Virus record (IMG/VR): IMGVR_UViG_3300045988_075126
Span: 32,001 to 96,000 of that record
DNA length: 64,000 bases
Strand: one strand, 5' to 3'
Source of the DNA: a virus
Part shown: positions 24,259 to 33,072 of the stretch, piece after piece
Layout: each line of letters begins with the position of its first letter
How positions within the stretch are numbered: position 1 is the stretch's first letter
The notes under the pieces: generated by a model
Told to the model about the DNA's origin: nothing
Seen by the model: the letters and a program-made list of their open reading frames with translations, nothing else
Database searches by the model: none
Made by a program: the position numbers and the translations under genes

Positions 24259-24477
24259 ATGAAATTATCTGAAATAGAATTAGATTTTTTGTATGAGAAA
24301 TCTGCCGAGTTGTTTAGAGATAAAGTAAAACAACGAGGGGAAGATTATGAACATGATAATAGATGCGCTTGCCCTGAAGCAGTTCGCAGAACTCATCTAC
24401 GAACTCTCGCAAGAGAATCTATAGAAGATGTTAAGATTTTAATTGATGAACTGCGTAATAATGGTTATGAAGCTTAA
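24259..24477 (+). CDS. hypothetical protein
   Basis: First ATG in ORF 24253-24477. Confidence 0.5.
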   Translation: MKLSEIELDFLYEKSAELFRDKVKQRGEDYEHDNRCACPEAVRRTHLRTLARESIEDVKILIDELRNNGYEA

Positions 24478-24481
24478 TAAA

Positions 24482-24901
24482 ATGGTTTTAGATGATAAGA
24501 AAATAGATGAAGCCGCAAGAGGAGCAGCAGACTTGTATGAGCAAGATTTGCCTATAATGTCTTATGATGAAGACACAGAGGTTGATGGTCAGCATCATTT
24601 CTGCCAAGAGTTTGGCGCAGAGTTGTTTAAGGATGGTGTTAAGTGGACTATCAATGAGTTATTGAAGGACTTGCTTCACCCTGCTAGCGAAGTTCCTCGA
24701 AATGACAACGGAAAGATTCTTGCGTTTTCAAGAGAATTCGGTTTTAGAAAGCTCTACGATATGAACGCTATGCTTGATGAAACTTCATGTCGCACATATC
24801 AAGGAATGTGGAAAGAGCAAGTCAAATTATATCGTTTAACTGATTGGATATTCGTAGATGAATTGTTTGACTTGATTACGAAAGGAGGCAATCATGATTA
24901 A
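24482..24901 (+). CDS. hypothetical protein
   Basis: ATG just after the upstream stop, within ORF 24443-24901. Confidence 0.55.
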   Translation: MVLDDKKIDEAARGAADLYEQDLPIMSYDEDTEVDGQHHFCQEFGAELFKDGVKWTINELLKDLLHPASEVPRNDNGKILAFSREFGFRKLYDMNAMLDETSCRTYQGMWKEQVKLYRLTDWIFVDELFDLITKGGNHD

Positions 24902-25118
24902 GGAAGTAACAATGTACTCTGTCGTTTGTGACAGATGCAGAAAGACTTATGGTGTGGATGATGGCATTGACTGTTGGGTGGACATCTGTACTGCTAGAGA
25001 ACAAGCAATGGAATCCGAATGGGTAGAAATTGGCGATAAGCACTACTGCCCAGACTGCTATGAGTTTAGCTATGAGTTAGAAGAGTATGTTCCTAAAAAG
25101 AAAGGAGGCGACCTATGA
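24894..25118 (+). CDS. zinc-ribbon protein
   Basis: 74 aa with CDRC...CPDC cysteine pairs. Confidence 0.55.
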   Translation: MIKEVTMYSVVCDRCRKTYGVDDGIDCWVDICTAREQAMESEWVEIGDKHYCPDCYEFSYELEEYVPKKKGGDL

Positions 25119-25276
25119 AGATATTCACATTCGATGTTATGCTCAACGGAAGATTCGTCTGCACATTAAAGTATAAATATTGTGCGCTATTCCCCATAGA
25201 TTTTGAAGATTTAGAGAAGTTCGTCCTCAAAAAGAGACCAACTTTGAAAGGTAAGGATTTTAGAATTGCATTTTAA
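25115..25276 (+). CDS. hypothetical small protein (53 aa)
   Basis: Below the track cutoff. ATGA-coupled to the upstream gene. MKIFTFDVMLNGRFVCTLKYKY... Confidence 0.4.
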   Translation: MKIFTFDVMLNGRFVCTLKYKYCALFPIDFEDLEKFVLKKRPTLKGKDFRIAF

Positions 25277-25288
25277 GGAGTAAAGTGT

Positions 25289-25657
25289 ATGGTACAGAAA
25301 TATATAGTTGGTGATGTTGTCATGTACAACAACAAAATCATGGTTGTCAAAGAACCAAGAGACGGAAGCCACTTTGACTTATCTTGCCACAAAGAAGGAT
25401 TGGTGTACTGCTTTGTTGGTGTTGATGAAATAAAGCCAGTGCTTCTTACAGCTGCCATTCTTCTTAAGAATGGATGGAGTAAGGGACAAATATACTTTAG
25501 GCATAGTCGTATTCCAAGAATTAAACTTTGCACAGACGGCGGTATTAGTTGGTCTGTTTCAATAAATAATGATATTATGGGAGGGTATATCAGTTACGTC
25601 CACGAGTTACAGCATATCCTATTTGCTTTTAAAATCACATCAGAAATGGAGGTGTAG
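25289..25657 (+). CDS. hypothetical protein
   Basis: ORF track, 122 aa. Confidence 0.6.
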   Translation: MVQKYIVGDVVMYNNKIMVVKEPRDGSHFDLSCHKEGLVYCFVGVDEIKPVLLTAAILLKNGWSKGQIYFRHSRIPRIKLCTDGGISWSVSINNDIMGGYISYVHELQHILFAFKITSEMEV

Positions 25658-25659
25658 GT

Positions 25660-25806
25660 ATGAAAGTAATATTTATAATAGGTATAGTCTTGATTATATT
25701 TGGAGTGTACTTGTTCTTGAAAGATTTTGCATATATGCTCCAAGGAGTCATACTTATGATATTAGGAGCAGGTATATTAGGCATCAGCTTGTCTTATATC
25801 GTTTAA
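25660..25806 (+). CDS. small two-TM membrane protein (48 aa)
   Basis: MKVIFIIGIVLIIFGVYLFLKDFAYMLQGVILMILGAGILGISLSYIV. Preferred over the out-of-frame track ORF 25569-25904. Confidence 0.45.
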   Translation: MKVIFIIGIVLIIFGVYLFLKDFAYMLQGVILMILGAGILGISLSYIV

Positions 25807-25833
25807 TGTTTAACGCCTTCTGGCACAAATTGA

Positions 25834-26109
25834 TTGATTATGATTTTAAATTGTATTACAGCTATTATTATTGTGGCGATTGTTTGTACCACCATTGTCG
25901 TTAACTGCTATATCAGCAAGAAGACTGCTGATTATAAGGCGACATTAAAAAAGCGCAAGGAATTTATGTCCGATATTGGTTATTATATTAATAGAATCAA
26001 TAAGAATTTTGAGCGTATAGACGTAGAGAAAAGTGCAAGGGAGCAAATAGGCTCTGACTTGCATTTTGTCAGAGATTATATCTATAAGTATTGTGATGAG
26101 ATAGATTAA
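25834..26109 (+). CDS. membrane-anchored protein
   Basis: 91 aa with an N-terminal TM (ILNCITAIIIVAIVCTTIVV). Confidence 0.55.
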   Translation: MIMILNCITAIIIVAIVCTTIVVNCYISKKTADYKATLKKRKEFMSDIGYYINRINKNFERIDVEKSAREQIGSDLHFVRDYIYKYCDEID

Positions 26110-26137
26110 CCGCCTTTAGGCATAAATAAATAGTAAT

Positions 26138-26323
26138 ATGAAAGCAAGTGAGTTGATAGAGCATTTAAAATCTTACATTGATTTTACAGGTGGAGATTGT
26201 GAAATGCTTGTATTTGATAAAGCAGAAGGTGTTTCTTGTGGTATCGAGAATACTTCTACGGATGGTGATTATGTGTTTCTGCACATTTCATCCGATAAAT
26301 ACACAACAAAGATACCTGAGTAA
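26138..26323 (+). CDS. hypothetical protein
   Basis: ORF track, 61 aa. Confidence 0.5.
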   Translation: MKASELIEHLKSYIDFTGGDCEMLVFDKAEGVSCGIENTSTDGDYVFLHISSDKYTTKIPE

Positions 26324-26357
26324 TTACCATCCCTTATGGGATATAAATATAAGAAAT

Positions 26358-27140
26358 ATGAAGGAATTAAGAAAGAAAACATTTAAAAATGGTGTCGTGT
26401 ATTGTCTTCAGTTAGAAGATGGTTTTCTAGTTGAAACTACAGATACATTCTTGCCTTATTACACTAAAGATGCAATAGGCAGACATCAGAATAAGCTCGA
26501 CAACAATGAGCTTGGCGACCGCATGGAACGTTGGATGATAGGAGTATCTACAATGAGTGGATGTCCAGTAAGATGCAAGTTCTGTGCTACAGGCAACATG
26601 AAACGTTATCGCAATCTTACAGCAGAAGAAATCGTTGAACAGGTTGAATTTGCCATCAACAAGGCAGGTGCTGACCCAAGCAAAGCAAAAGAGTTTAAGA
26701 TAAACTATACTCGTATGGGCGAGCCATTCCTTAATATTGATGCAGTCAAAGAGGCTATTCGTGTTATTACTGAGAAATATCCTAATACCCATCATTACGT
26801 ATCAACGATTGGTATCAAGGGGAGTGATTTTTCTTTCATTAAGGGAAATATTACGTTACAGATTAGTTTGCATTCATTTGATGATAACAAGCGTAATTGG
26901 TTGATTCCTTACAAGAACAAAATGACTATTCAAGAGTTAGGTCAGATACGGACACAAAGCAATCTGAAAACAACAATCAACCTCACTCTTGTTGATACAT
27001 CTGATTTCGATGCGAAAAAGTTGGCTGAGTGGTTTGATAAGGAACATTTCTTTGTGAAGTTGTCTCCTATCAATGTGAATAACATATCAGAAAAGAATCA
27101 TCTTGGAACTGGTGTAGTAGAAGGAATTAATTTAGTATGA
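26358..27140 (+). CDS. RlmN/Cfr-family radical SAM methyltransferase core (lacks the C-terminal Cys motif)
   Basis: Internal ATG of ORF 26178-27140. GVSTMSGCPVRCKFCATG (CX3CX2C), EEIVEQV, RMGEPFLN, VSTIG, LQISLHS, LIPYKNK, VKLSPINV: same order as in RlmN. Ends before the AACGQL region. Confidence 0.75.
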   Translation: MKELRKKTFKNGVVYCLQLEDGFLVETTDTFLPYYTKDAIGRHQNKLDNNELGDRMERWMIGVSTMSGCPVRCKFCATGNMKRYRNLTAEEIVEQVEFAINKAGADPSKAKEFKINYTRMGEPFLNIDAVKEAIRVITEKYPNTHHYVSTIGIKGSDFSFIKGNITLQISLHSFDDNKRNWLIPYKNKMTIQELGQIRTQSNLKTTINLTLVDTSDFDAKKLAEWFDKEHFFVKLSPINVNNISEKNHLGTGVVEGINLV

Positions 27141-27904
27141 AAAAGGGAATTTTTAGATACAGGATTATCACGAATCTGAATTGCAACATGAATGAAAGCA
27201 CAGGAGTAAACGGAAATTGTTACTTCTGTTACCAAAAGTTCAAGTCACCGTTGCGCTTGGATAGTGATAAGATGGAGGAAACATTGAAGAAGGTTGGTGT
27301 TCTGAAAAGAGCAACTATCATGGGAGGCGAAAGCTTGCTCAATCCAGATTTGGTAAAGATTGTAAAGATAGTCAGCAACTATACATCTGATGGTATCTGT
27401 CTTGTTACAAATGGAATACTGCTTAATGAGGACATCATCGTTGCATTGAAAGATGCCGGATTAACTGAGGTTGCTATCAGCGTGTCTTCTATCGAACAAT
27501 ACGAAAGACGTAGAGACATGGCACTTCTGTGTAAGGAGATTATTCCAAACACAAGAATAAACATTCCTAAGTGCAAGGAAAGTTTGAATCCACAACTACT
27601 GGAAACAATACTATCAGATAGTTTCTATAGCATTGTATGCGAAGATTTACAGGCAAGGTATGGTGAGATAAGACTCCCAGATGGTTCTGTAAAGGTTGGT
27701 GATGACGGATATGGATTTTATGATTACAAGTGGAATGGCCATACGTTTGGAGTATTTGGCAATTATGGGAAGTACAACAGAAGCGATATTATCATAACTC
27801 CTCTTGGAAATTTCTGTGATTGGGAAAAGTATTGCAAGGCCGTTAAGAACAATGAACTTGTCAGAAGAAACAATCATATTGATGATGACAAAATTGTGCA
27901 TTGA
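27137..27904 (+). CDS. second radical-SAM-like enzyme (MoaA/SPASM-type core, atypical CX11CX2C)
   Basis: TNLNCNMNESTGVNGNCYFCY, IMGGESLLNPD, LVTNGILL. No SPASM Cys cluster evident. Confidence 0.55.
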   Translation: MKKGIFRYRIITNLNCNMNESTGVNGNCYFCYQKFKSPLRLDSDKMEETLKKVGVLKRATIMGGESLLNPDLVKIVKIVSNYTSDGICLVTNGILLNEDIIVALKDAGLTEVAISVSSIEQYERRRDMALLCKEIIPNTRINIPKCKESLNPQLLETILSDSFYSIVCEDLQARYGEIRLPDGSVKVGDDGYGFYDYKWNGHTFGVFGNYGKYNRSDIIITPLGNFCDWEKYCKAVKNNELVRRNNHIDDDKIVH

Positions 27905-28325
27905 TTTCGGAAGTGGCTATAATCCAAAGGCTGGATATAAAACTTGCGATGTAAAAACCTTTCCACAATTGGATTTTCAGTATGATGGGAAAGATGAGAT
28001 TGTCGGTCTTAGAGAAAAATCAGTAGATGTATTTTATCTAAGAAACGTTGTTCATCATATCCCAGATTTACAGAGAACTTTTACAACCTTGAAGAAGTAT
28101 CTGAAGGTAGGTGGGAAGCTAGTTATCATTGATTGCAATAAAGGTCATTATAAGACAAATGTATTTCTTGACAATTTATGGTATAGATTTGTTGGCAATA
28201 ACAACGAAATCTTTATCAGTAAACAGTATAGAGATTACATTAACGTTTTGAAAAAGTTAGGTTTTAAGCAATTATATTATAAATCATTTAAAGAAAAGGA
28301 GATTACTAAGTATGAATGCAATTAA
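27852..28325 (+). CDS. class I SAM-dependent methyltransferase
   Basis: Motif I LCIDFGSGYNP and post-I/II LKVGGKLVIID. Start ambiguous (27852, 27882 or 27885), overlaps the upstream gene. Confidence 0.6.
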   Translation: MNLSEETIILMMTKLCIDFGSGYNPKAGYKTCDVKTFPQLDFQYDGKDEIVGLREKSVDVFYLRNVVHHIPDLQRTFTTLKKYLKVGGKLVIIDCNKGHYKTNVFLDNLWYRFVGNNNEIFISKQYRDYINVLKKLGFKQLYYKSFKEKEITKYECN

Positions 28326-28431
28326 GAATCAATTGGAAAAGATGGGCTACGATTATGCAGTAGCAATCGCAACAAAGGCTGAAATTGAGAATGGAGCTGC
28401 TTGTGGCCAGCTCGCTATTATTTGTGAGTAA
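28312..28431 (+). CDS. 39-aa ORF encoding the detached RlmN/Cfr C-terminal segment (AACGQL motif)
   Basis: MNAIKNQLEKMGYDYAVAIATKAEIENGAACGQLAIICE aligns with the RlmN C-terminus ...[25 protein letters not shown] (recalled from memory). Confidence 0.55.
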   Translation: MNAIKNQLEKMGYDYAVAIATKAEIENGAACGQLAIICE

Positions 28432-28441
28432 GTAATTAACC

Positions 28442-28469
28442 ACCCTCTCCTTGGCAACAGGGAGAGGGT
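28442..28469 (+). terminator. strong hairpin (possible terminator)
   Basis: ACCCTCTCC(28442-50)/GGAGAGGGT(28461-69), 9 bp. Followed by an A-run rather than a U-run, so function is uncertain. Confidence 0.35.
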
Positions 28470-28483
28470 AAAAAGAAGAAAAT

Positions 28484-28792
28484 ATGGCAGACATGGAATT
28501 TGGAAAATGTGATATTTGTGGCAAAGAAGCTGCTTTATCACGTACATATTTCAAATATAGAATAGGTAGTTGTGAGTGTTGTGAAAGCAAATTGCGTGAT
28601 GGCTCAAAAGGTCATTTTGAGGTTGTGCATCATTGCAATAAATGCGTTCCTCATTTACCTACAGTTATTCATCCTTTATTTAAGGCTTTAGATGGTAAAG
28701 TTTACAGAGCAAATGTTACTAACGTTTTACCATTTGAAATTGAAGGTAAATACATTATCGAAGAACCAGTAATCAAGGAGGATAAGCAATGA
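28484..28792 (+). CDS. Cys-rich zinc-binding protein
   Basis: 102 aa with CDIC...CECC...HHCNKC. Confidence 0.55.
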   Translation: MADMEFGKCDICGKEAALSRTYFKYRIGSCECCESKLRDGSKGHFEVVHHCNKCVPHLPTVIHPLFKALDGKVYRANVTNVLPFEIEGKYIIEEPVIKEDKQ

Positions 28793-29304
28793 GCAAAATG
28801 AACGTTAAGGAGTCACTTCTAGATGTTGTTAAAAGCAACAACCTAGAGATACTCAAAATAGATTTATTTAACGATTTTGAGTTGTTCGTAAGAGAAGGCA
28901 CTAGGGAACGTAATGAGTATTGCAAGACTTATACAACATTAGACGATTTGGATTTTGAGGTAGAGGCTTACTTGCTGAATGATGAAGTACGTGGAATTGT
29001 ATACTGCCAAGATAAAGACACAAAAGAACCTGTGTGGATTGAACCTTGGAGTGATGAATGCTGTTCTTGGTGGCAGGTTAGCAGAGTCCCAAAGTTCTAC
29101 AAACGAAATACTTTAAATGAAGTAAAGTTATTATTAATCAGTGCTAGAAACAGGTTTCGTAGTGCTATTGATGGTGTGATGATACCTCCTGATGAGAGAT
29201 ATAGAGAAAAGTCAAAAGCATTTGAGGAACTTGAAAAAGCACTTGAAGAGTTGGAAAACGAAACTATGTGGGTAAGCAAGCCCGATAAGGAGGACAAGGT
29301 ATGA
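28789..29304 (+). CDS. hypothetical protein
   Basis: ORF track, 171 aa. Confidence 0.6.
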   Translation: MSKMNVKESLLDVVKSNNLEILKIDLFNDFELFVREGTRERNEYCKTYTTLDDLDFEVEAYLLNDEVRGIVYCQDKDTKEPVWIEPWSDECCSWWQVSRVPKFYKRNTLNEVKLLLISARNRFRSAIDGVMIPPDERYREKSKAFEELEKALEELENETMWVSKPDKEDKV

Positions 29305-29651
29305 ATTACAAAAAGATACTAACGAGATACATTCAAGGAAGGCTGTCAGAATTGTCTAATGTTGACGCTTATGAACCAAACAAGTTGGCATTAACTAACA
29401 TGTTGTGGTTTCTTGGCAAGGCAACCAGTAATGAAGTGATTGTGGCAAAGCTTAAAATCATGGATGGTGCTGATATAAAAAGAAAGAAATATCTTAGTAG
29501 GTATGATGGTAACGAATCATTATACGAGGATGATTATTCCAAGGCGGTAGGAACTATCGGAAAGGATTGCTTGACGTATTTACAAAACGCCAAAAATGAG
29601 GTGCAAGATGAAAACAAGGCAAGCCAAGAAGATTTTGAAGAGCCGGAATGA
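29301..29651 (+). CDS. hypothetical protein
   Basis: ORF track, 116 aa. Confidence 0.6.
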   Translation: MNYKKILTRYIQGRLSELSNVDAYEPNKLALTNMLWFLGKATSNEVIVAKLKIMDGADIKRKKYLSRYDGNESLYEDDYSKAVGTIGKDCLTYLQNAKNEVQDENKASQEDFEEPE

Positions 29652-29751
29652 TTATTGGTGGTCAAGAAGATATTGGTATAAGTTAGAATTTGACCAATTG
29701 CGTTTTAAAGACCACCGCATCACAAAGGCGATAAGATTAACAAAAAAGTAG
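29608..29751 (+). CDS. small basic protein (47 aa), paralog of 30142-30402
   Basis: MKTRQAKKILKS...DHRITKAIRLTKK versus MKIRQAKKIMKE...DHRLLKAMRLTQK. Below the track cutoff. Confidence 0.45.
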   Translation: MKTRQAKKILKSRNDYWWSRRYWYKLEFDQLRFKDHRITKAIRLTKK

Positions 29752-29757
29752 TAGTGT

Positions 29758-30138
29758 ATGAATATAGAATTTTTATATCTTAGTATGAGCTTTATCTACA
29801 TCCTGCTTGTTTGTTTGGATGGAGAAGATGTTAAGCCAAAATGGAAGCAATGGCTAGCTGACCAACTAGGCATCAAACCAAAGATAGAGGTTAGATACAT
29901 AAAGCCACAAGTTATTAAGCTTCATTCAAGAGTTGCAATGTCAAGCTTTGAAATGCAATATTATTGCCGTGACAAATCTGGCATGGAGCAATTGAAGAGA
30001 AGAGCAATAGAAAGTGTGTATGATGGCATTCTCCGGGAAATGAAGGCAAACGAATTGGTTTCCATTTCGCAATATAATGACATTTATAGTAATAACACTA
30101 TTTATGAGGGGACATGTGAAATTTATAAAAATAATTAG
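29758..30138 (+). CDS. membrane-anchored protein
   Basis: 126 aa with an N-terminal hydrophobic segment (FLYLSMSFIYILLVCL). Confidence 0.55.
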   Translation: MNIEFLYLSMSFIYILLVCLDGEDVKPKWKQWLADQLGIKPKIEVRYIKPQVIKLHSRVAMSSFEMQYYCRDKSGMEQLKRRAIESVYDGILREMKANELVSISQYNDIYSNNTIYEGTCEIYKNN

Positions 30139-30141
30139 TAT

Positions 30142-30402
30142 ATGAAGATTAGACAAGCAAAGAAGATAATGAAGGAAGTCTATAAAACCCGATATTGGGC
30201 TTATAGACAAGGCTATTATTGTGGCAAAACGGATGCAGGAAAGCTAGCCGGAGACCATCGTTTGTTAAAGGCTATGCGTCTTACACAGAAGTGGGAAATC
30301 CGCAAGATGCGAAATAAAATATTGAAGAAGAATCCGTTCAAACCGAGAGACCTTCGACGTAGTGTTTTAAAATTAATGAGATATGGATGTAGCAATGCTT
30401 AA
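30142..30402 (+). CDS. small basic protein
   Basis: ORF track, 86 aa. Paralog of 29608-29751. Confidence 0.55.
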   Translation: MKIRQAKKIMKEVYKTRYWAYRQGYYCGKTDAGKLAGDHRLLKAMRLTQKWEIRKMRNKILKKNPFKPRDLRRSVLKLMRYGCSNA

Positions 30403-30459
30403 TCGTAAAATTCTCGGTGTAGATTTTGAATATAAAAACTTCTAAAATGAAAAAGAGAT

Positions 30460-30897
30460 ATGGAAATTAAAGATAACAAATTAGTCCTAGACATTCCTGA
30501 AGGAATGGAAGTGGACGTTGAAAAAAGTGACTTAAAAGCTGGTGTTATAGCATTCAAAAAGAGTCCCCTCAGCTATGAGGATGTTGTATGTTCTTTAAGA
30601 GACCATTGTTTTAGACCTGTCGTATTGAATGTTACTAATTGTAATGTAGAGAAAATTGCAGCATATGATAGGCTTATGGATATAGCAAAGTACTATAATG
30701 GTGATTGGAAGCCAAACTGGAGTGATGCAGGAGAAAGTAAATACGTAATCATAGCAGGCAAATTAGGAAATTTGTTTGTAGAAACTAAATTTGAAACAAA
30801 TTATGGTGTTGTCTGTTTCCGAAGCAAAGAAGATGCCCAAGCTGTTATTGGTAATCCGAATTTCAGAAGCATTCTTGATGCTATTTACAAGGATTAA
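30460..30897 (+). CDS. hypothetical protein
   Basis: ORF track, 145 aa. Confidence 0.6.
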   Translation: MEIKDNKLVLDIPEGMEVDVEKSDLKAGVIAFKKSPLSYEDVVCSLRDHCFRPVVLNVTNCNVEKIAAYDRLMDIAKYYNGDWKPNWSDAGESKYVIIAGKLGNLFVETKFETNYGVVCFRSKEDAQAVIGNPNFRSILDAIYKD

Positions 30898-30908
30898 AAC
30901 GGTGGTTT

Positions 30909-31148
30909 ATGAAAGAAATGTTCTTTAAGAGTGTAAAGTTCCGTGAAGTTCAGCATTGGGCATTCTCGGATGAATATATAACCGCATACGTGTCGGTGGA
31001 CAATGTTCCTAAGATATACCTAAGTGTTAATACACCTCGTGACGAATATGGGTTTGCGAAAGGCAAACCAAAGCGTTACTTTAGAGTAGGGTTAGGGAAA
31101 TGGCTCACCGAACGAGCGTTTGTTAAAAAATATTTTAGTGAAGAATGA
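30909..31148 (+). CDS. hypothetical protein
   Basis: ORF track, 79 aa. Confidence 0.55.
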   Translation: MKEMFFKSVKFREVQHWAFSDEYITAYVSVDNVPKIYLSVNTPRDEYGFAKGKPKRYFRVGLGKWLTERAFVKKYFSEE

Positions 31149-31152
31149 AAAT

Positions 31153-31416
31153 ATGAAGAATAAAGACAAAATAATCAATGAGTTTCTGAGCAACTTGTGG
31201 CATGATGCAATTGAGGCTCCTGACTTGGATAGACGAATCTTGTATGTATATAAGCCTAATGGTGAGATAAATCCACCAATATATATCAGAGAGGCTACAT
31301 ACGAAAAGATACGTTGGAAGGAATGTGGTTACAAGCCAATAAATCCAGAACGGATTATTATTCGTTGGCTCTACTTGGATGAATTGTTTCCTAAGAAAGG
31401 AGGTGATAGCAAATGA
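31153..31416 (+). CDS. hypothetical protein (DUF551-like)
   Basis: ATG after the upstream stop, within ORF 31120-31416. LWHDAIEAPDLDRRILYVY. Confidence 0.5.
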   Translation: MKNKDKIINEFLSNLWHDAIEAPDLDRRILYVYKPNGEINPPIYIREATYEKIRWKECGYKPINPERIIIRWLYLDELFPKKGGDSK

Positions 31417-31586
31417 CCGAGGCAGAATTTAATAAGTTTGTACTTGTATTAGAGAACGAGGCGTTTCGGTTTTCAAGAAGCCAAAAAGAATTTAAGGAAC
31501 ATCGAGTAGTGATAGAGCAGTCTTTCAAGATAGGAGGGCTGTTCATTCTTCGAGAGTTGGAAAAGTATTTTAATCAAAAGAAGTAG
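31413..31586 (+). CDS. hypothetical small protein (57 aa)
   Basis: ATGA-coupled. Below the track cutoff. Confidence 0.4.
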   Translation: MTEAEFNKFVLVLENEAFRFSRSQKEFKEHRVVIEQSFKIGGLFILRELEKYFNQKK

Positions 31587-31590
31587 GAGT

Positions 31591-31764
31591 ATGAAAAAAG
31601 TTTCTTTGACTGATGATGAGCTAGAATTACTTATTATCGGGCTGCATTGTGTAGATAGGTCTAATTATAACAACTACGGACGATATTACGATTCTTATGA
31701 TAAAGTGTCGCAAATGAAGGAAGAACTTAGGATTAAACTTAAGAGGGAGTTGTATAATTTTTAG
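31591..31764 (+). CDS. hypothetical small protein (57 aa)
   Basis: ATG 4 nt after the previous stop. Below the track cutoff. Confidence 0.4.
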   Translation: MKKVSLTDDELELLIIGLHCVDRSNYNNYGRYYDSYDKVSQMKEELRIKLKRELYNF

Positions 31765-31794
31765 TTTTGAATAGTAGCTTAAATATATTAAGAT

Positions 31795-32070
31795 ATGGAA
31801 TTAAAGATAAAAACGAATCATGCATTACCTTGCCGTACAGAGGTATTCACAATTAACGGAAAGAATGCCGAACAAAATGATTTTGGTGATATGTATGACC
31901 ATCATGCTCAAGATGCAGAGCCTTATGCTTGTGCCGATATGCACTTTGACCCAAAGCCTCCAACAAAGGAAGTACTAAACCGCTATAATATAACGGATAA
32001 AGAATATTATGACATCTGTAACGAACTAGAAAGCGAGTTGTACGTTGGTCGTTGCGGATGGTGTATTTGA
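31795..32070 (+). CDS. hypothetical protein
   Basis: ORF track, 91 aa, ends CGWCI. Confidence 0.55.
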   Translation: MELKIKTNHALPCRTEVFTINGKNAEQNDFGDMYDHHAQDAEPYACADMHFDPKPPTKEVLNRYNITDKEYYDICNELESELYVGRCGWCI

Positions 32071-32098
32071 TAGTATTTAAGAATAAACAATATAAGCA

Positions 32099-32278
32099 AT
32101 GACAAAGGAAGAAATATTGGAAAAGGCATCTGATTTTGAGGATGAAGATGAGTTTGTGAAGTGTGATAGATTGCCGTTCACTGAGGAATGGTGGCTTTTG
32201 CATCAACTAGTGTATCATCTTGGCTTGACTTGTACCTATACAGGTCGTGGTTATATAATTGAAAAACTTAAAGATTAG
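32099..32278 (+). CDS. hypothetical small protein (59 aa)
   Basis: One codon below the track cutoff. MTKEEILEKASDFEDEDEF... Confidence 0.4.
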   Translation: MTKEEILEKASDFEDEDEFVKCDRLPFTEEWWLLHQLVYHLGLTCTYTGRGYIIEKLKD

Positions 32279-32282
32279 TAAA

Positions 32283-33059
32283 ATGGAAGCGAATGATTAT
32301 TTGAAGGCTATGCAAGCTATGGACGAATTGGATAGACTTGTAACCAGTGTTTATCCGGATAAGTTTAAGTTGGTCTGCAAGAAGCATGGAATAGATGAAT
32401 GCGAGGCGATGAACATGTATTCGTACTTGCAAAAGATGCATAAAGGTCAGTCTTGGTTAGTTAGATACAAGCCATTGGAATATCTAGAGCGTGTATTAAC
32501 TCTAGCCAGAGAAGCTTATGCGTCTTACATGAACAACGGCTTGATTCTGAGTATGGTCAATTTTGGCGATAAGTATACAAAAATACTTGTAATCTTTGAG
32601 AAAGATGGCGTGAGAAGCCAACAGGAATTTGACCTTAGAGAGCAAAGAACATATGTTGATATAGCGGACTTTATTGGAAATGGTTACACCATCGTATCTG
32701 TTATCCGTCAGTCTGACAATGTTGACAGCGAACAGTTTGTTGGAGAAAAGGATGAGCGAAGTCATAGTATTCCTATTTACGATGGTGATGTAATGCTTTG
32801 TTACGTGAACAAACCGGAATTTTGGAGTTCAGATTGGCGTAATAGCGGACTTTATATTTGTGAGAGTGGCTCATATCATAGATTGCTATACACACCGAAT
32901 AAGGGGTACGTAAGACATGGAGAGCCAGATGTAGATGAAGACTTCACCCTTGATATTGGGGAAGAATCCTTCAGTAGTTATGTTATGACTTTAGATCAGT
33001 CTTGGTATAAGTTGGGTAATGTTCATGCAGGTATAGGTTTTTTGAAGGAGAAAGAATAG
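32283..33059 (+). CDS. hypothetical protein
   Basis: First ATG (MEANDYL) of ORF 32259-33059 (track start is TTG). Confidence 0.6.
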   Translation: MEANDYLKAMQAMDELDRLVTSVYPDKFKLVCKKHGIDECEAMNMYSYLQKMHKGQSWLVRYKPLEYLERVLTLAREAYASYMNNGLILSMVNFGDKYTKILVIFEKDGVRSQQEFDLREQRTYVDIADFIGNGYTIVSVIRQSDNVDSEQFVGEKDERSHSIPIYDGDVMLCYVNKPEFWSSDWRNSGLYICESGSYHRLLYTPNKGYVRHGEPDVDEDFTLDIGEESFSSYVMTLDQSWYKLGNVHAGIGFLKEKE

Positions 33060-33072
33060 AAGGAGAGGAATA

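Noticed and set aside
25569-25904. Track ORF of 111 aa.
   Set aside because: It overlaps the ends of two better ORFs. An in-gap 48-aa two-TM ORF (25660-25806) with an ATG start explains the region better.
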